The translations under genes were made by a program, and so were the position numbers. DNA of 64,000 nt from a virus: IMG/VR virus record IMGVR_UViG_3300003321_000927. One strand, 5' to 3'. The notes under the pieces are model-generated. The model was not told where the DNA came from and searched no databases. It was given only the letters and a program-made list of their open reading frames with translations. This document shows, piece after piece, positions 24,982 through 34,600 of the stretch. The number at the start of each line of letters is the position of its first letter. The stretch's first letter is position 1.

Positions 24982-25344
24982 TGCTCGCTCTCCCTTGGTC
25001 GTTCGCGTTTTGACGGGGCGCAGCGTTACCCAACTCACAAGGGATCGTCAAACTCCCGCAACGTGCAGGGACGTTCCTCGTGGAGATCTTTTCCACAGCG
25101 GTGGAAAGAGATGGGGAGGGCGCCGCGAACGTCACGGCGCCGCCTTCCGCGCCGCGCCCTCCCCTCGGCTTCGCCAGGCGTAGCCTTGGCGCACGTTCGA
25201 GTGTAACCCCTGCCCAAGGACGGGGGCGCGGCGGCTCCCTTCGACAACAGCACCCACAGGGTTTACGTGTTAGAAGCCTTGTGGGCGATGCGACCGCCAC
25301 GCCCCCGAGGCGCCGGTCGTCCGGACGATGCGGCGCGAACCAGC

Positions 25345-25983
25345 CTAGCGACCGTCACGGATCGCACGCGCGATGTTCGTCATCTCCAGCTTCAGACCTT
25401 CTTGCCATGGCTGCCTGCAAAGGCGCGAATCATCATCGGCGTAGAGGCGGGTGTAGGGCAGGTCGATCTGCTTCCAGCGAGGACAGAGCACGCCGAAGAT
25501 GAAGTCCGCCTCGTAGAGGACACCGAGCGTGAAGCCCGCGATACCGCGGACGGGCATCTCGATTCCATCGTCCTGAAGACAGCTTGCCTTCTCGTAGAGG
25601 TTATACGGGAAACGCTCGAACCAGCGGGCCCAGGTGTAGTCGACCAGGTGCCTGGGGCAGAGCGCACCTGCGGCCTGTAGCGCGAGATCGTCGTAGCCTC
25701 CCGCGTTCGACCCGTGGGCGTTGTTAGAGACGAAGACGCCCGGCTCGTAGGCAGCCATCAACGCGTCGTGCTCGCTGAAAATGACGTCGTCGTCCTGCCA
25801 ATAGATGACGTCATTCGACGCCTGCTTGGCGACCTCGTAACGGCCGTAGACCTTCAGGTCGACGATCTCCTGCGAGTTGTCCCAGATGATCACCTGCCCG
25901 TACGGAAGCGAATCAATGATCGGGTTCATATCGACGTTGCCGCGCGTGACGAGGCACGCGGTGATCTTGTCGGGCGTGATCAT
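25345..25983 (-). CDS. putative glycosyltransferase-like protein (DDD motif)
   Basis: ATG at 25983 overlaps the upstream stop (ATGA). ITACLVTRGNV...YWQDDDVIF resembles a GT-A Rossmann fold with a DxD motif. Confidence 0.4.
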   Translation of the reverse strand: MITPDKITACLVTRGNVDMNPIIDSLPYGQVIIWDNSQEIVDLKVYGRYEVAKQASNDVIYWQDDDVIFSEHDALMAAYEPGVFVSNNAHGSNAGGYDDLALQAAGALCPRHLVDYTWARWFERFPYNLYEKASCLQDDGIEMPVRGIAGFTLGVLYEADFIFGVLCPRWKQIDLPYTRLYADDDSRLCRQPWQEGLKLEMTNIARAIRDGR

Positions 25984-26456
25984 CGAGCGATCCTCCGCAG
26001 ATACGCCCTGGTCGCGCGGTCGACGTTGAACAGGTAGGCGCCGTCGTAGACCGGCCGCCACTTGATGCGCTGACTCTTACCGCAGGTGCTCGCGTTGCGA
26101 CGGATCTTCCCGGTGATCAGCACGGTCTCGCCCGGACGCAGGTCATCGATGCTGATGCGCTCGACGGAGTTGTGCCCGTTGGCCTTGTAGACGCGGCCGA
26201 CGGTGTGCGGGCTCGACCAGTCGCACTCGTTGTAGTTGTTGTGGATCTGGTGCCTCTCGCCCTTGGCGAACCAACCGTCGGCTTCGCCCTTCGCCCAGTC
26301 GACGCTGTAGACGCGGACGGTGATGCTGCGCTTGCCGACGTGATCGATGTTCGCGATCAGCTCGAACTCGTTGCCCTTGCCGCTGTAGTTGTAGCCGCAG
26401 CCAATGACCAAGGCGACGAAGGCGAGCGCCGCGATGACCAGTAGCCCCTTTCTCAT
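25980..26456 (-). CDS. lipoprotein (signal peptide plus VIGC lipobox)
   Basis: MRKGLLVIAALAFVALVIGCGYN. Confidence 0.55.
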   Translation of the reverse strand: MRKGLLVIAALAFVALVIGCGYNYSGKGNEFELIANIDHVGKRSITVRVYSVDWAKGEADGWFAKGERHQIHNNYNECDWSSPHTVGRVYKANGHNSVERISIDDLRPGETVLITGKIRRNASTCGKSQRIKWRPVYDGAYLFNVDRATRAYLRRIAR

Positions 26457-26653
26457 TGCAGTGGCCTTTCTCCGTTGATGAGTGCGTGCTGGATCCGGCG
26501 CTCGAATTCGTCCATCAGCTCCCTGACGCCATCGAGCGGAGGCTCAGGCTGGTTGGTCAGGCAGATGTCGCGGGCCGTCCAGAAGCACTCACCCCAGGAT
26601 CGACGACTCGGGAGCGGCGCATAGGTCGGGATCGTCACCGCGGCGACATTCAT
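26453..26653 (-). CDS. hypothetical protein (66 aa)
   Basis: ORF overlapping both neighbours at start and stop. Confidence 0.35.
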   Translation of the reverse strand: MNVAAVTIPTYAPLPSRRSWGECFWTARDICLTNQPEPPLDGVRELMDEFERRIQHALINGERPLQ

Positions 26654-26838
26654 CGCCCGACCCGCCGCCGCATCGAGATCGCGATGTCGATCGCGCAGAC
26701 GACGAACGCGCCGAAGAGCCCGAGCGAGGCGAGCTTCCAGACGCCCCAGATGCCGTTGTACTCCGCGGCGCCGACGCCTTCGAAGAGGTTCGTCTCCTCG
26801 ACGCTAGAGGTAAACCACGCCGATTCCGTGGGCTGCAT
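26650..26838 (-). CDS. small membrane protein (about 62 aa)
   Basis: Internal ATG at 26838. The TM segment LASLGLFGAFVVCAIDIAI is present. It overlaps the methyltransferase 3' end by 35 nt. Confidence 0.35.
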   Translation of the reverse strand: MQPTESAWFTSSVEETNLFEGVGAAEYNGIWGVWKLASLGLFGAFVVCAIDIAISMRRRVGR

Positions 26839-27334
26839 CACAGGCCTCCTTGGTGACGTAGGCGTCCGTGTCGTACATCGTGGCGAGCTGCCCGAACACG
26901 CGCCCAGGGGGATAGAGGGTGTCCTCGGAGCCATCGGGCGCGGCGATGTCGTGCATCAGAAGCACGCCGCCGGGCGCGATCATCGGCTGGTAGTGGAAGA
27001 CGTCCTGCCGCACAGCGTCGAAGCCGTGGTCGCCGTCGATGAAGACCCAGTCGTAGGGCCCGTAGCTGCGCACGCAATCGACGACGGAGAGTGTCTGGCT
27101 CTTACCGTAGACCGTGACGAGGTCGGTGTCGGGATGCTTCCAGTGCTCGTAGGCGCGCACGTTCGGATGGTTGAGGTCGACCGCAACCACGACGGCTCCG
27201 GGGCGCGCGTGGACCAGCCACTCCTTCAGCGTGCCGCCGTACCAGACGCCGATCTCCAGGATCCGCTTCGGCTTTCGCTCGACGTAGAGAGCGATCATGC
27301 GCTCCAGCTCGTCCGCGACCTGCAGGACATCCAT
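26804..27334 (-). CDS. class I SAM-dependent methyltransferase (TylF/MycF-like O-methyltransferase fold)
   Basis: ILEIGVWYGGTL...VVAVDLN...DWVFIDGDH...GGVLLMHDI. ATG at 27334. Confidence 0.65.
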   Translation of the reverse strand: MDVLQVADELERMIALYVERKPKRILEIGVWYGGTLKEWLVHARPGAVVVAVDLNHPNVRAYEHWKHPDTDLVTVYGKSQTLSVVDCVRSYGPYDWVFIDGDHGFDAVRQDVFHYQPMIAPGGVLLMHDIAAPDGSEDTLYPPGRVFGQLATMYDTDAYVTKEACDAAHGIGVVYL

Positions 27335-27565
27335 CACCTCGACCCCTCCCTGGCGTAGAAGCCGTACGGGTGACCGCAGTGAACGCAGCCGAGGTAGAAC
27401 TTCGTCTTGTCCTCGATGTCGGCCGTGCGGTTCTCCTGCTTTTTGTGGCAGCGCTCGCAGACGACGATCATTCGCACTGGTCGCAGTCGCCCGGATCGCC
27501 GCAAGGGCAGTTCTTGCTCTCATCCATGTCGGCGAGCTTAGGGCGCCCGTCGGACGGACTTGCTG

Positions 27566-27781
27566 CTATGGCATCAAGTACCAGTAGACCCAGCCGTGGC
27601 CGCCCGGAGGCTGCTTCGCTAGGAGCCGTTCAGCTTCGCGCCAGTCGACCCTTTCGGCCACGAGGTCTTCGGCCATGGACGCGGAGAAGCCGAGAGCGAG
27701 GAAACGGCCGAGCAGATGCATCTCGACCCGCTCCTGCTCGCTCGGGCCCGTGGCTTCCTTGTCCTCGTCCTTGGAAGCCAT
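27566..27781 (-). CDS. hypothetical protein (71 aa)
   Basis: ORF at the distal end of the lysis region. Confidence 0.35.
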   Translation of the reverse strand: MASKDEDKEATGPSEQERVEMHLLGRFLALGFSASMAEDLVAERVDWREAERLLAKQPPGGHGWVYWYLMP

Positions 27782-27793
27782 GGAGCACTCCGG

Positions 27794-27973
27794 TTACTGA
27801 CCGCCGAGCCTGGAGCCGAGGTGGGCCGCGCCGCCGCCGAGAATGCCGCCAAGAACCGCCGAGACGAGCGTCTCCAGCACCTGGCCATCGACCTTCCCCT
27901 CGAACACGAGGAAGACGAGACCGGCGAAGAGCGCGAGCACGAGCACGATCAACTTCCAGGTCAGCGCGATCAC
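27794..27973 (-). CDS. small TM plus Gly-rich protein (59 aa; holin-like candidate)
   Basis: GTG at 27973 forms a GTGA overlap with the upstream stop. The TM segment LIVLVLALFAGLVFLVF is present. Confidence 0.35.
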   Translation of the reverse strand: MIALTWKLIVLVLALFAGLVFLVFEGKVDGQVLETLVSAVLGGILGGGAAHLGSRLGGQ

Positions 27974-28506
27974 GGCGTCTCCTTCAGGACATTCAAGATC
28001 ACGGTCGGGTTCGTGCCCCAGGTGCGGAATGTCGCCGAGCACTTGTTGACGATCTCTTCCGCGGTCAGCTTCCCCCCCTGCGCGGCCCCGACAATGCAGG
28101 CGTAGGTGCCCTGCACGAGGGTCAGCGCGGTCGCCGCAACCCCGCCTGTCGGCTTCCAGTAGTTCTGGACGGTCGAGGAATTGTACGACCAGCTCTCCCC
28201 GTAGGGGAGCGCGTAGGTCGTGTTGAGTGGGTTCCACTGGGCGGAGCCACCCTCAGCGACGCCCCAGGCGTAGAGCAGCCGGAGGTTCTGCTTATTCCTC
28301 GGCGCGCCGAGCACAGCCAGCAAGCGCTCGCGCCAGAACGGAGGGAGATGGTTCGAGGTCGCCGAACTCGTTGACGTCGAAACAAGGCTGGCCTGGGAAC
28401 CACCCGCAATCACCACTGTCGGGGCCTTGTGAGTGACCATCCAGATCAGGAGCGAAACGAGGATCGTCCCGATCAGGCCGCCGTAGGCGTGGATCCACTT
28501 GTTCAC
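27970..28506 (-). CDS. membrane-anchored secreted protein (about 178 aa)
   Basis: GTG at 28506 with AGAGG 6 nt upstream. An N-terminal TM anchor is followed by a Ser/Thr-rich linker and a globular domain. Confidence 0.45.
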   Translation of the reverse strand: MNKWIHAYGGLIGTILVSLLIWMVTHKAPTVVIAGGSQASLVSTSTSSATSNHLPPFWRERLLAVLGAPRNKQNLRLLYAWGVAEGGSAQWNPLNTTYALPYGESWSYNSSTVQNYWKPTGGVAATALTLVQGTYACIVGAAQGGKLTAEEIVNKCSATFRTWGTNPTVILNVLKETP

Positions 28507-28606
28507 CGAGGCCTCTTCACGATCGGGGAAGGAGGAGGGGCGGGCGCGAAGACGATCTGGCCGACCCGGAGCGGCTGCTGGAAGAGGGTCTTGGTCGTGA
28601 CCAGCA

Positions 28607-29563
28607 TTACTTCGGCACGATCCCCGGCAGGTTGATGAAGACGCGCAGCCGGTCGGTCCACGAGTGGTAGTGGTAGGCAACGCGCTGTGAGCTGTTGCCC
28701 TCGACCGTCCAGTAGCCCTGGCCCTGAGTGACCTTGGTGATGATCCCGAGATGCCCGTCGTAGTTCAGGTAGGCAACGAGACTGCCGACGTAGGGCTTGG
28801 CGCTGAGGAAGCCCGCTGAACGGGCCCAGTCGACGATGTAGAAGACGCCCGCGCTCTTGTGTGCGAAGGTGCCATACCCGGCGTAGTGGTAGACCCACTG
28901 GTCGAAGATCGCGCACCAGGCGACGCCGTACTGGCCGACGACGCCGTCGTAGCTGAGTGCGTAGGTGCCGTGGTAGTTGCTAACCGGGTAAGAAATGCGA
29001 GGACCGCGATTACTGCCATAGGGCTGTTCGATCACCCCAACCTGGCTGAGTGCGATCTCGCGGATGCGGCTGCCGAGCCGTGTCACGCCCGGCTCCAGCG
29101 CGTTCAGCGCGAGCCTCTTCGCCGCCAGCGCCACCATCTCCTTCGTTGGATGCAGGCGCCCTCGGAGCATGTCGAGGAACGCCTTGCCCGCGACGGGGTG
29201 GCTCTTCTTGTTGTACCGATCCGGATAGCCAAGCCTGAACTTGTAGGCGTAGATGACCGCTCCGAACCTCTTCCCAAGGTAGCCGAGGTCGTGACGCTTC
29301 TTTGAGCACATCGGGCCCCTGTAGAGGCCCTTGACGTGCCGGTAGAAGACGTTCTGCTTGGGCGCCGGATCACGGAGCAGATAGCGGATCTTGCAGACGT
29401 TTGGCCCAGAGCTGCCGACGTGCAGCGGGAAGAGATCATGGCGCTTCGGCGCCACGACAGCGGCCCTGGCCTTCGCGTGCGTCGTCCCGCCAGCCGCAGT
29501 CGCCAGTGGAAGCACCAGAAGCGCCAGCGCAATGATGGTCGGGATGCCGCGGCGCATGGACAT
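28607..29563 (-). CDS. endolysin: signal peptide plus peptidoglycan-binding repeat plus NlpC/P60-or-CHAP cysteine peptidase
   Basis: N-terminal signal MSMRRGIPTIIALALLVLPLATAAG. LHVGSSGPNVCKIRYLL resembles a PG-binding domain. The catalytic Cys is in VAWCAIF and the His in YDGHLGII. Confidence 0.7.
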   Translation of the reverse strand: MSMRRGIPTIIALALLVLPLATAAGGTTHAKARAAVVAPKRHDLFPLHVGSSGPNVCKIRYLLRDPAPKQNVFYRHVKGLYRGPMCSKKRHDLGYLGKRFGAVIYAYKFRLGYPDRYNKKSHPVAGKAFLDMLRGRLHPTKEMVALAAKRLALNALEPGVTRLGSRIREIALSQVGVIEQPYGSNRGPRISYPVSNYHGTYALSYDGVVGQYGVAWCAIFDQWVYHYAGYGTFAHKSAGVFYIVDWARSAGFLSAKPYVGSLVAYLNYDGHLGIITKVTQGQGYWTVEGNSSQRVAYHYHSWTDRLRVFINLPGIVPK

Positions 29564-29592
29564 TAGAAATAGGATGGTCGCCGCGCCGGACG

Positions 29593-29943
29593 TCAGAAGA
29601 TAAGGCCGCTACGAATCCCGAGCGCCACGGCATGCGTCCGCGAGGCCGCATCGAGCTTGTCCAGCACGTGGCGGATGTGGCTCTTAACGGTCTCCTCGGA
29701 AATGATGAGGCGCTCAGCGATCTGAACGTTAGTCAAGCCATCGGCGGCGAGCTGGAGCACCTCCGCCTCGCGAGCAGTAACCCTATTCGGCGCGAGCCTG
29801 GCACCGAGCCGAGGCCTTCCGCCGGTGCGAGGAGTCGGTATAGACGGTGCCTCCAACACTTCGACCGTCTCCCGCCGTAGCTCCTGCCCCCGCTCCGCCA
29901 GGACAGCATCCAGACGCTCCCGCTGCTCGGGAGAAAGCGGCAC
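29593..29943 (-). CDS. LuxR-family HTH transcriptional regulator
   Basis: REAEVLQLAADGLTNVQIAERLIISEETVKSHIRHVLDKL, a canonical LuxR-type HTH. Confidence 0.65.
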   Translation of the reverse strand: MPLSPEQRERLDAVLAERGQELRRETVEVLEAPSIPTPRTGGRPRLGARLAPNRVTAREAEVLQLAADGLTNVQIAERLIISEETVKSHIRHVLDKLDAASRTHAVALGIRSGLIF

Positions 29944-30359
29944 TAGCGCTCAGGAGGGACGGTAGCGATCCGAATCTCACGCAGGAGCGCCGTCTGCTCG
30001 TCCGTCTTCACGAGCTGGGAATCAGCCTTGTCGAGCAGCTTCTGCAGAAGTCGGGCATGCTGCTCCAGGTTCGGCAGTGCCTGCAGGCGCTTGACCTCCG
30101 CCTCCGCCGTGAGCTTGTCGTCCCGCTCCCGTTCGGCCCGGTCACGCTCGATCTCCGCCTCTTCCCGCGCCAGCTTCAAGAGGCGCTCCGACTCATCAGC
30201 CCGGTTCTTCAGCGTCCCGAACATGAAGACGCCAGCAAGCACGAAGGCGATCGCCACCAGCGCCGAGATCGTCCCCGCTCCGGGAAGTCCGGCCGAGGCG
30301 AGCATCTGCCAGGCGAACACGCTGGGCAGAGGCACGAACTTGATGACCCCGATCAGCAC
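29943..30359 (-). CDS. membrane plus coiled-coil protein (138 aa)
   Basis: Two TM helices followed by a charged coiled coil. Confidence 0.45.
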   Translation of the reverse strand: MLIGVIKFVPLPSVFAWQMLASAGLPGAGTISALVAIAFVLAGVFMFGTLKNRADESERLLKLAREEAEIERDRAERERDDKLTAEAEVKRLQALPNLEQHARLLQKLLDKADSQLVKTDEQTALLREIRIATVPPER

Positions 30360-30392
30360 GATCTGATTCTCTTCAGCGCACCGGACGGCGGT

Positions 30393-31658
30393 CTAGGGGT
30401 AGCTGGCGTAGAGGGCGCGCGGACTCAGGTCGAGCGTCATTTCCCAGTTGGGGATGCGGTCATTGAGCCTGCTGATGTTGTTCTGGATGCCCTCGACGAA
30501 GTAGTCCACCGAGGACAACCCTCCTCCCCCAGGGTTCGCCGTGGTGATGTTGATGATGTGGTTGATCTCAACGTTAAGGATGAAGTCCCAGAGGTTGCCG
30601 GAGGCGCCGCCGGGGGCGGTCGTTCCGTCGTCCATCTGGCCGTGGAAGGTGATCGAGTCAACCCGAATCGTCGGGTTCTTGTAGTTGTTGAGGTGGTAGA
30701 GCGCGAAGTCCTTGCACTCCAGGACGCCGGTCTTGCCGCTGGTGCTCCCGTCGAGGGTCAGCAGATCAGGGATGACCAGGGAGCGGCGGCCGTACTTGCC
30801 GATCGAGACACTGTCTGCGACGCCGCCGAGCCCTGGATAGGCAGCCGCAATGCCCTTGTCGTCGACGTTCCGCGGGTAGCAAGTTACGAAGTTGTAGAGG
30901 TTTGCCTTGCCGTAGCTCGTCTGGATGTCGACGATCGGCAGCAGCGTCGGATCGGCCTGGACGGCGGCGTCGTCTCCGACGCGCCAGGTAGTGATCCAAT
31001 CCGGGTAGCTGGTCGGGGCGAAGCGGATGCCGCGACCGGAGAAGGCTGCGTTCCCCGACTTGTCGATGAAGAACTGGGCGACATTGGGGAACTCCGCCTG
31101 CGCCGCCTCCTGGATGACGCTGAGCGCCGCCGTTCCGTGATCGTAGGAGAGGCCCTGCAGATTGACATTCCCGGTTGCGATACGGGCGAGCGTCAGCGGC
31201 CAGCCGACGTCAGTCAATGCGGCCTTGATGCGGTCGTCGACATGCTGGGGTGCGTAATACGCGGCGGCGTTGCCGGATGTCACAGCCGCGTTCGCCAGCA
31301 GCTCGAAGCCGTCGACGAGATGCATGATCGTCTGCGCGCCACGCGGACCGATGCGCGAGTAGTCGAGCTGCTCCACGTAACCTGTGAAGATGTCGTGGGT
31401 CGTCAGGGCGAACGGGTGCTGCATCTGAACCTTCGCCTGTCGCAATGGCAGAAGGTTCCCCGCATAGGCGCCGCCGAGATTGGTGGGGTCATAATCGCCA
31501 TTGCGGTCACGAAGAGTCGCCTGGGCTGTCCCGGCTTCGATCTGATCGAACTCGCTCTGCTTGCCGCGCGTCGTCGTCAGCGAGACCAGGTCAGCCTCCA
31601 GACTCTGGAGCGTCGGCGTCGTATCGAAGACGTTGTTGGTGGGCGCGAAGTAGAGCAT
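30393..31658 (-). CDS. tail/baseplate-associated structural protein (421 aa)
   Basis: Lies in the late structural operon downstream of the fiber gene. Beta-rich composition. Confidence 0.5.
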   Translation of the reverse strand: MLYFAPTNNVFDTTPTLQSLEADLVSLTTTRGKQSEFDQIEAGTAQATLRDRNGDYDPTNLGGAYAGNLLPLRQAKVQMQHPFALTTHDIFTGYVEQLDYSRIGPRGAQTIMHLVDGFELLANAAVTSGNAAAYYAPQHVDDRIKAALTDVGWPLTLARIATGNVNLQGLSYDHGTAALSVIQEAAQAEFPNVAQFFIDKSGNAAFSGRGIRFAPTSYPDWITTWRVGDDAAVQADPTLLPIVDIQTSYGKANLYNFVTCYPRNVDDKGIAAAYPGLGGVADSVSIGKYGRRSLVIPDLLTLDGSTSGKTGVLECKDFALYHLNNYKNPTIRVDSITFHGQMDDGTTAPGGASGNLWDFILNVEINHIINITTANPGGGGLSSVDYFVEGIQNNISRLNDRIPNWEMTLDLSPRALYASYP

Positions 31659-31661
31659 CGG

Positions 31662-34600
31662 CTAGACCCGAATGTTGAAGTGCGCGCCCGACGACACAGC
31701 GCCAAGGACAAAAGGCACGTAAGACGCGCGGCTGATCGGAGCTTCAAAGATGACCATCGTCGAGCTGCCGTCGGCATTGACGCCCGTATCAAGCAGCGCC
31801 AACACATACAGCTTGTTGTTCGAGTAGGCGAGCCGCGAAAACGTCCAGGCGTCGAGTTGCGGCAACGGGTTGCGGCCGTCGACCGGCATCCAGCCGATCC
31901 CTGAGCCGGGGTCCTGATCCACGAAGATGCCGGTGCCGTAGAAGGGCGTCGTGTTGTTGAACCAGTCGTAGATCAGCCAGATCCTGCCCAGTTCATCGCA
32001 TACGCAGTCAACGCCGGTCGGATCGGTCCAAGCGTGCGTTGCGTCATTGCCAAGCGTGTCACTGGCGGCTCCGTTATTGGTCTGCCTGTAGTCCTTGCGA
32101 TGCACGTAGTCGGGCTGCTTGTACTTGCCCAGATACGGCTCCCACGCCGTGCCATCTGCGGCGAGCTGCATCACGAGCACCCGGTCCGCCGCCGAGGCGA
32201 GGATCACCCTTGAACCGTTCCAGATCAGCCGCATCCCCTGCTGGGCGCTGCCCTTGGTCAGCGTGAAGTTGCTGCCGATTAGCGGCTGTTCGAGGAAGCC
32301 CATCAGGTCGCGATCGCCGCCGGTGTTCGCGAACACTTCGAGATGCGTCTTCACCTGGCTCGACCAGGACGTGCCGTTGTACTCCTGGTAGATGAACTCG
32401 TTCTGGATCCCGGACGGATTCGTCCCGTTGGTAGGGAAGTAGCTGGCGCAGTAGATCGCCGATGGGTTCGCGTTCGGGCCATCGTGGTGGTGGAATGTGA
32501 AGTCGACCTGGAGCTGCGTGTCGACGTGGATGTTGTTGACGTTGTAGTAGGCGCCGTAGATCTGCACGCGGTTCGCGTCTGGGCCGGGCAGGGCGGTGTC
32601 GACCCAGGTTGAGCCGTTCCATTTCCAGAGATAGGGCCGTACGTAGAACTCGTCGGCGCCGCCGTCGGGGGTGGCGGTGTAGCTGCCTCCGCTGAACGTC
32701 CACGCTGATGGCCAGTCGACGGCGTTGATCGCCGGTGTCTCACCGGCGGGATAGGTGGCGGAGGGGTCGCGGCGCAGCCCGAAGCCGAGGTAGCCGTCGC
32801 TGAACCACGAGCTGGTGTCGGTCGCGCTGTTCGGAAACGCCCTCGCGGGCGTCCCCTCCTGCGCGATCCACGCCTGGATCTGCGTCCCCGTCTGTGCGCC
32901 GATCGCCCCGACCGGCGTCGCCCGGATCGAAAGGATCGTCGGGTCGCGGTTGATGCTGGAGTTGTGGACGTTGCCGTTGTAGAGCAGCGTCTCCGTCCAG
33001 TTCGCCGCGCTGGTGCCGGTCTTCTTGACGATCGAGAGCGCGTTCGCGCCGCTCGGGCCCTGCGTCCAGCGGGCGTAGTAGCCGGGGTACTCGATCCGAC
33101 CGCCGCCGAGGTCGACAGGCGCCTGCAGCATCACCCCGACCTCCGCGTACAGGTTGGTGGCGGCGCCGTAGAGCACGTCGACGTGCATCGCGGCTTCCTG
33201 CGCGTTGCCCTTCGTGCCACCAGCGGTATAGCGGGCGACGTTCATGTACGTGGTGGCCGCCGATGGCACGACCCTGTTGCGTGTGGTCGTCGAGCTGTCT
33301 TGATAGAGGATCGTGGTGGAGCGGACCGTCAGCCCCGATTGGTCCCAGGAGGCGGAGAGGTTCGTCAGGTCGTCGATCAGCGGGGCGGTGAAGAACGGGG
33401 TTGCGCCAGCGTCGTCGGTTTCGCACCAGCCGACCCACGGGCTGCCTGACGGGTCGACGCGCAGCGTCACGGCGCAGTCGCCGCGCCCGGCGTCACAGTT
33501 GCTCTGCGTGCGCACCGCGGGCATCTTGTTCGCCTGCCCCGTCGAGGAACCGAGTTCTGTGAAGGTGCCACTGCCGGGCGAGTACTTCATGCAGCGCCAA
33601 GCGGTCTGGTACTCAGAATTTCTGTTTGCGCGGGACACAGGAGGCTGCGTTGTCGATACTTCGCCCCACGCGATAAAGACGTTCGTGCCATCGGTCCCGA
33701 TCGAGCAACTTGGCTTGCCGCGAGTATTGCCCGCGAAGGTCGAGCTGATCTCCGACCAGGCGGCGCCGTTCCAGCGCCAGAGCACCATCTTCCCGGTCGC
33801 GTTCCAGGCGGGCGAGGCAGAGACGAAACTGCCGGAGACGACGTAGACATCGCCGTTCGAGGTGACGCAGAGGTCTTTGCAGTTCGGGTAGGCGTCGTCG
33901 GCGATTCGGGCCGGTGTCAGCCCGGCATCGGTCCAGGCGGTAGCGCCGAGCGGCAAATTCGACACCGTCGCCAGGTCGATCGTCCCTTGCGGCCCGCCGT
34001 CAGCAAGCCAAACGAAGTCGACCGACCGCACTTCGAGCGTCGTGTCGGCGTCGTCGCGACCGTCGTTGACGACCGAGAAGCTCACCTCGTCGCCAGCCTT
34101 CAGCCCGTAGTACGGAGGCCCGCCAAGCCAGGCCGTGATGCCGGAGGCGGGCGGCCCGGTGAGCACGGCCGCAAAGCTGCCACTAACGCCGTACCCCGCG
34201 TTGCTGTCAACCTCCAGCACGAACGGCGCCATCCCGAAGAGGTGACCATTGACGTGCATGATGAGCGCGTAGCTCGCGGCGAAGCGCTCGGTGGTCGGGC
34301 TGACGTCCGTGGCGACGCCGTTCACCACCACCTTATAGGCACCTGGGCTGGGCAGGTTCGTGCCGCGCACGTAAAAGCTCGGACTGGGGTACAAGTTGAG
34401 ATCGTCGATGCCGTAGAAGTTCGGACTGGTGTCCGCCTGCCAGATCCGGGAGTCGATCACGCCGGTGCCGGTGATGGTGACCGTCGGCGAGCTGGTGTTC
34501 GGGTCGGCGGTCGCGAGCACCGTCTTGTTCTTGCTAACGGTGACGGTGAGGGTCGTCGTCTCCGACGCGCTGCCGTTGTTTCCGGTGACGGTGAGCGCGT

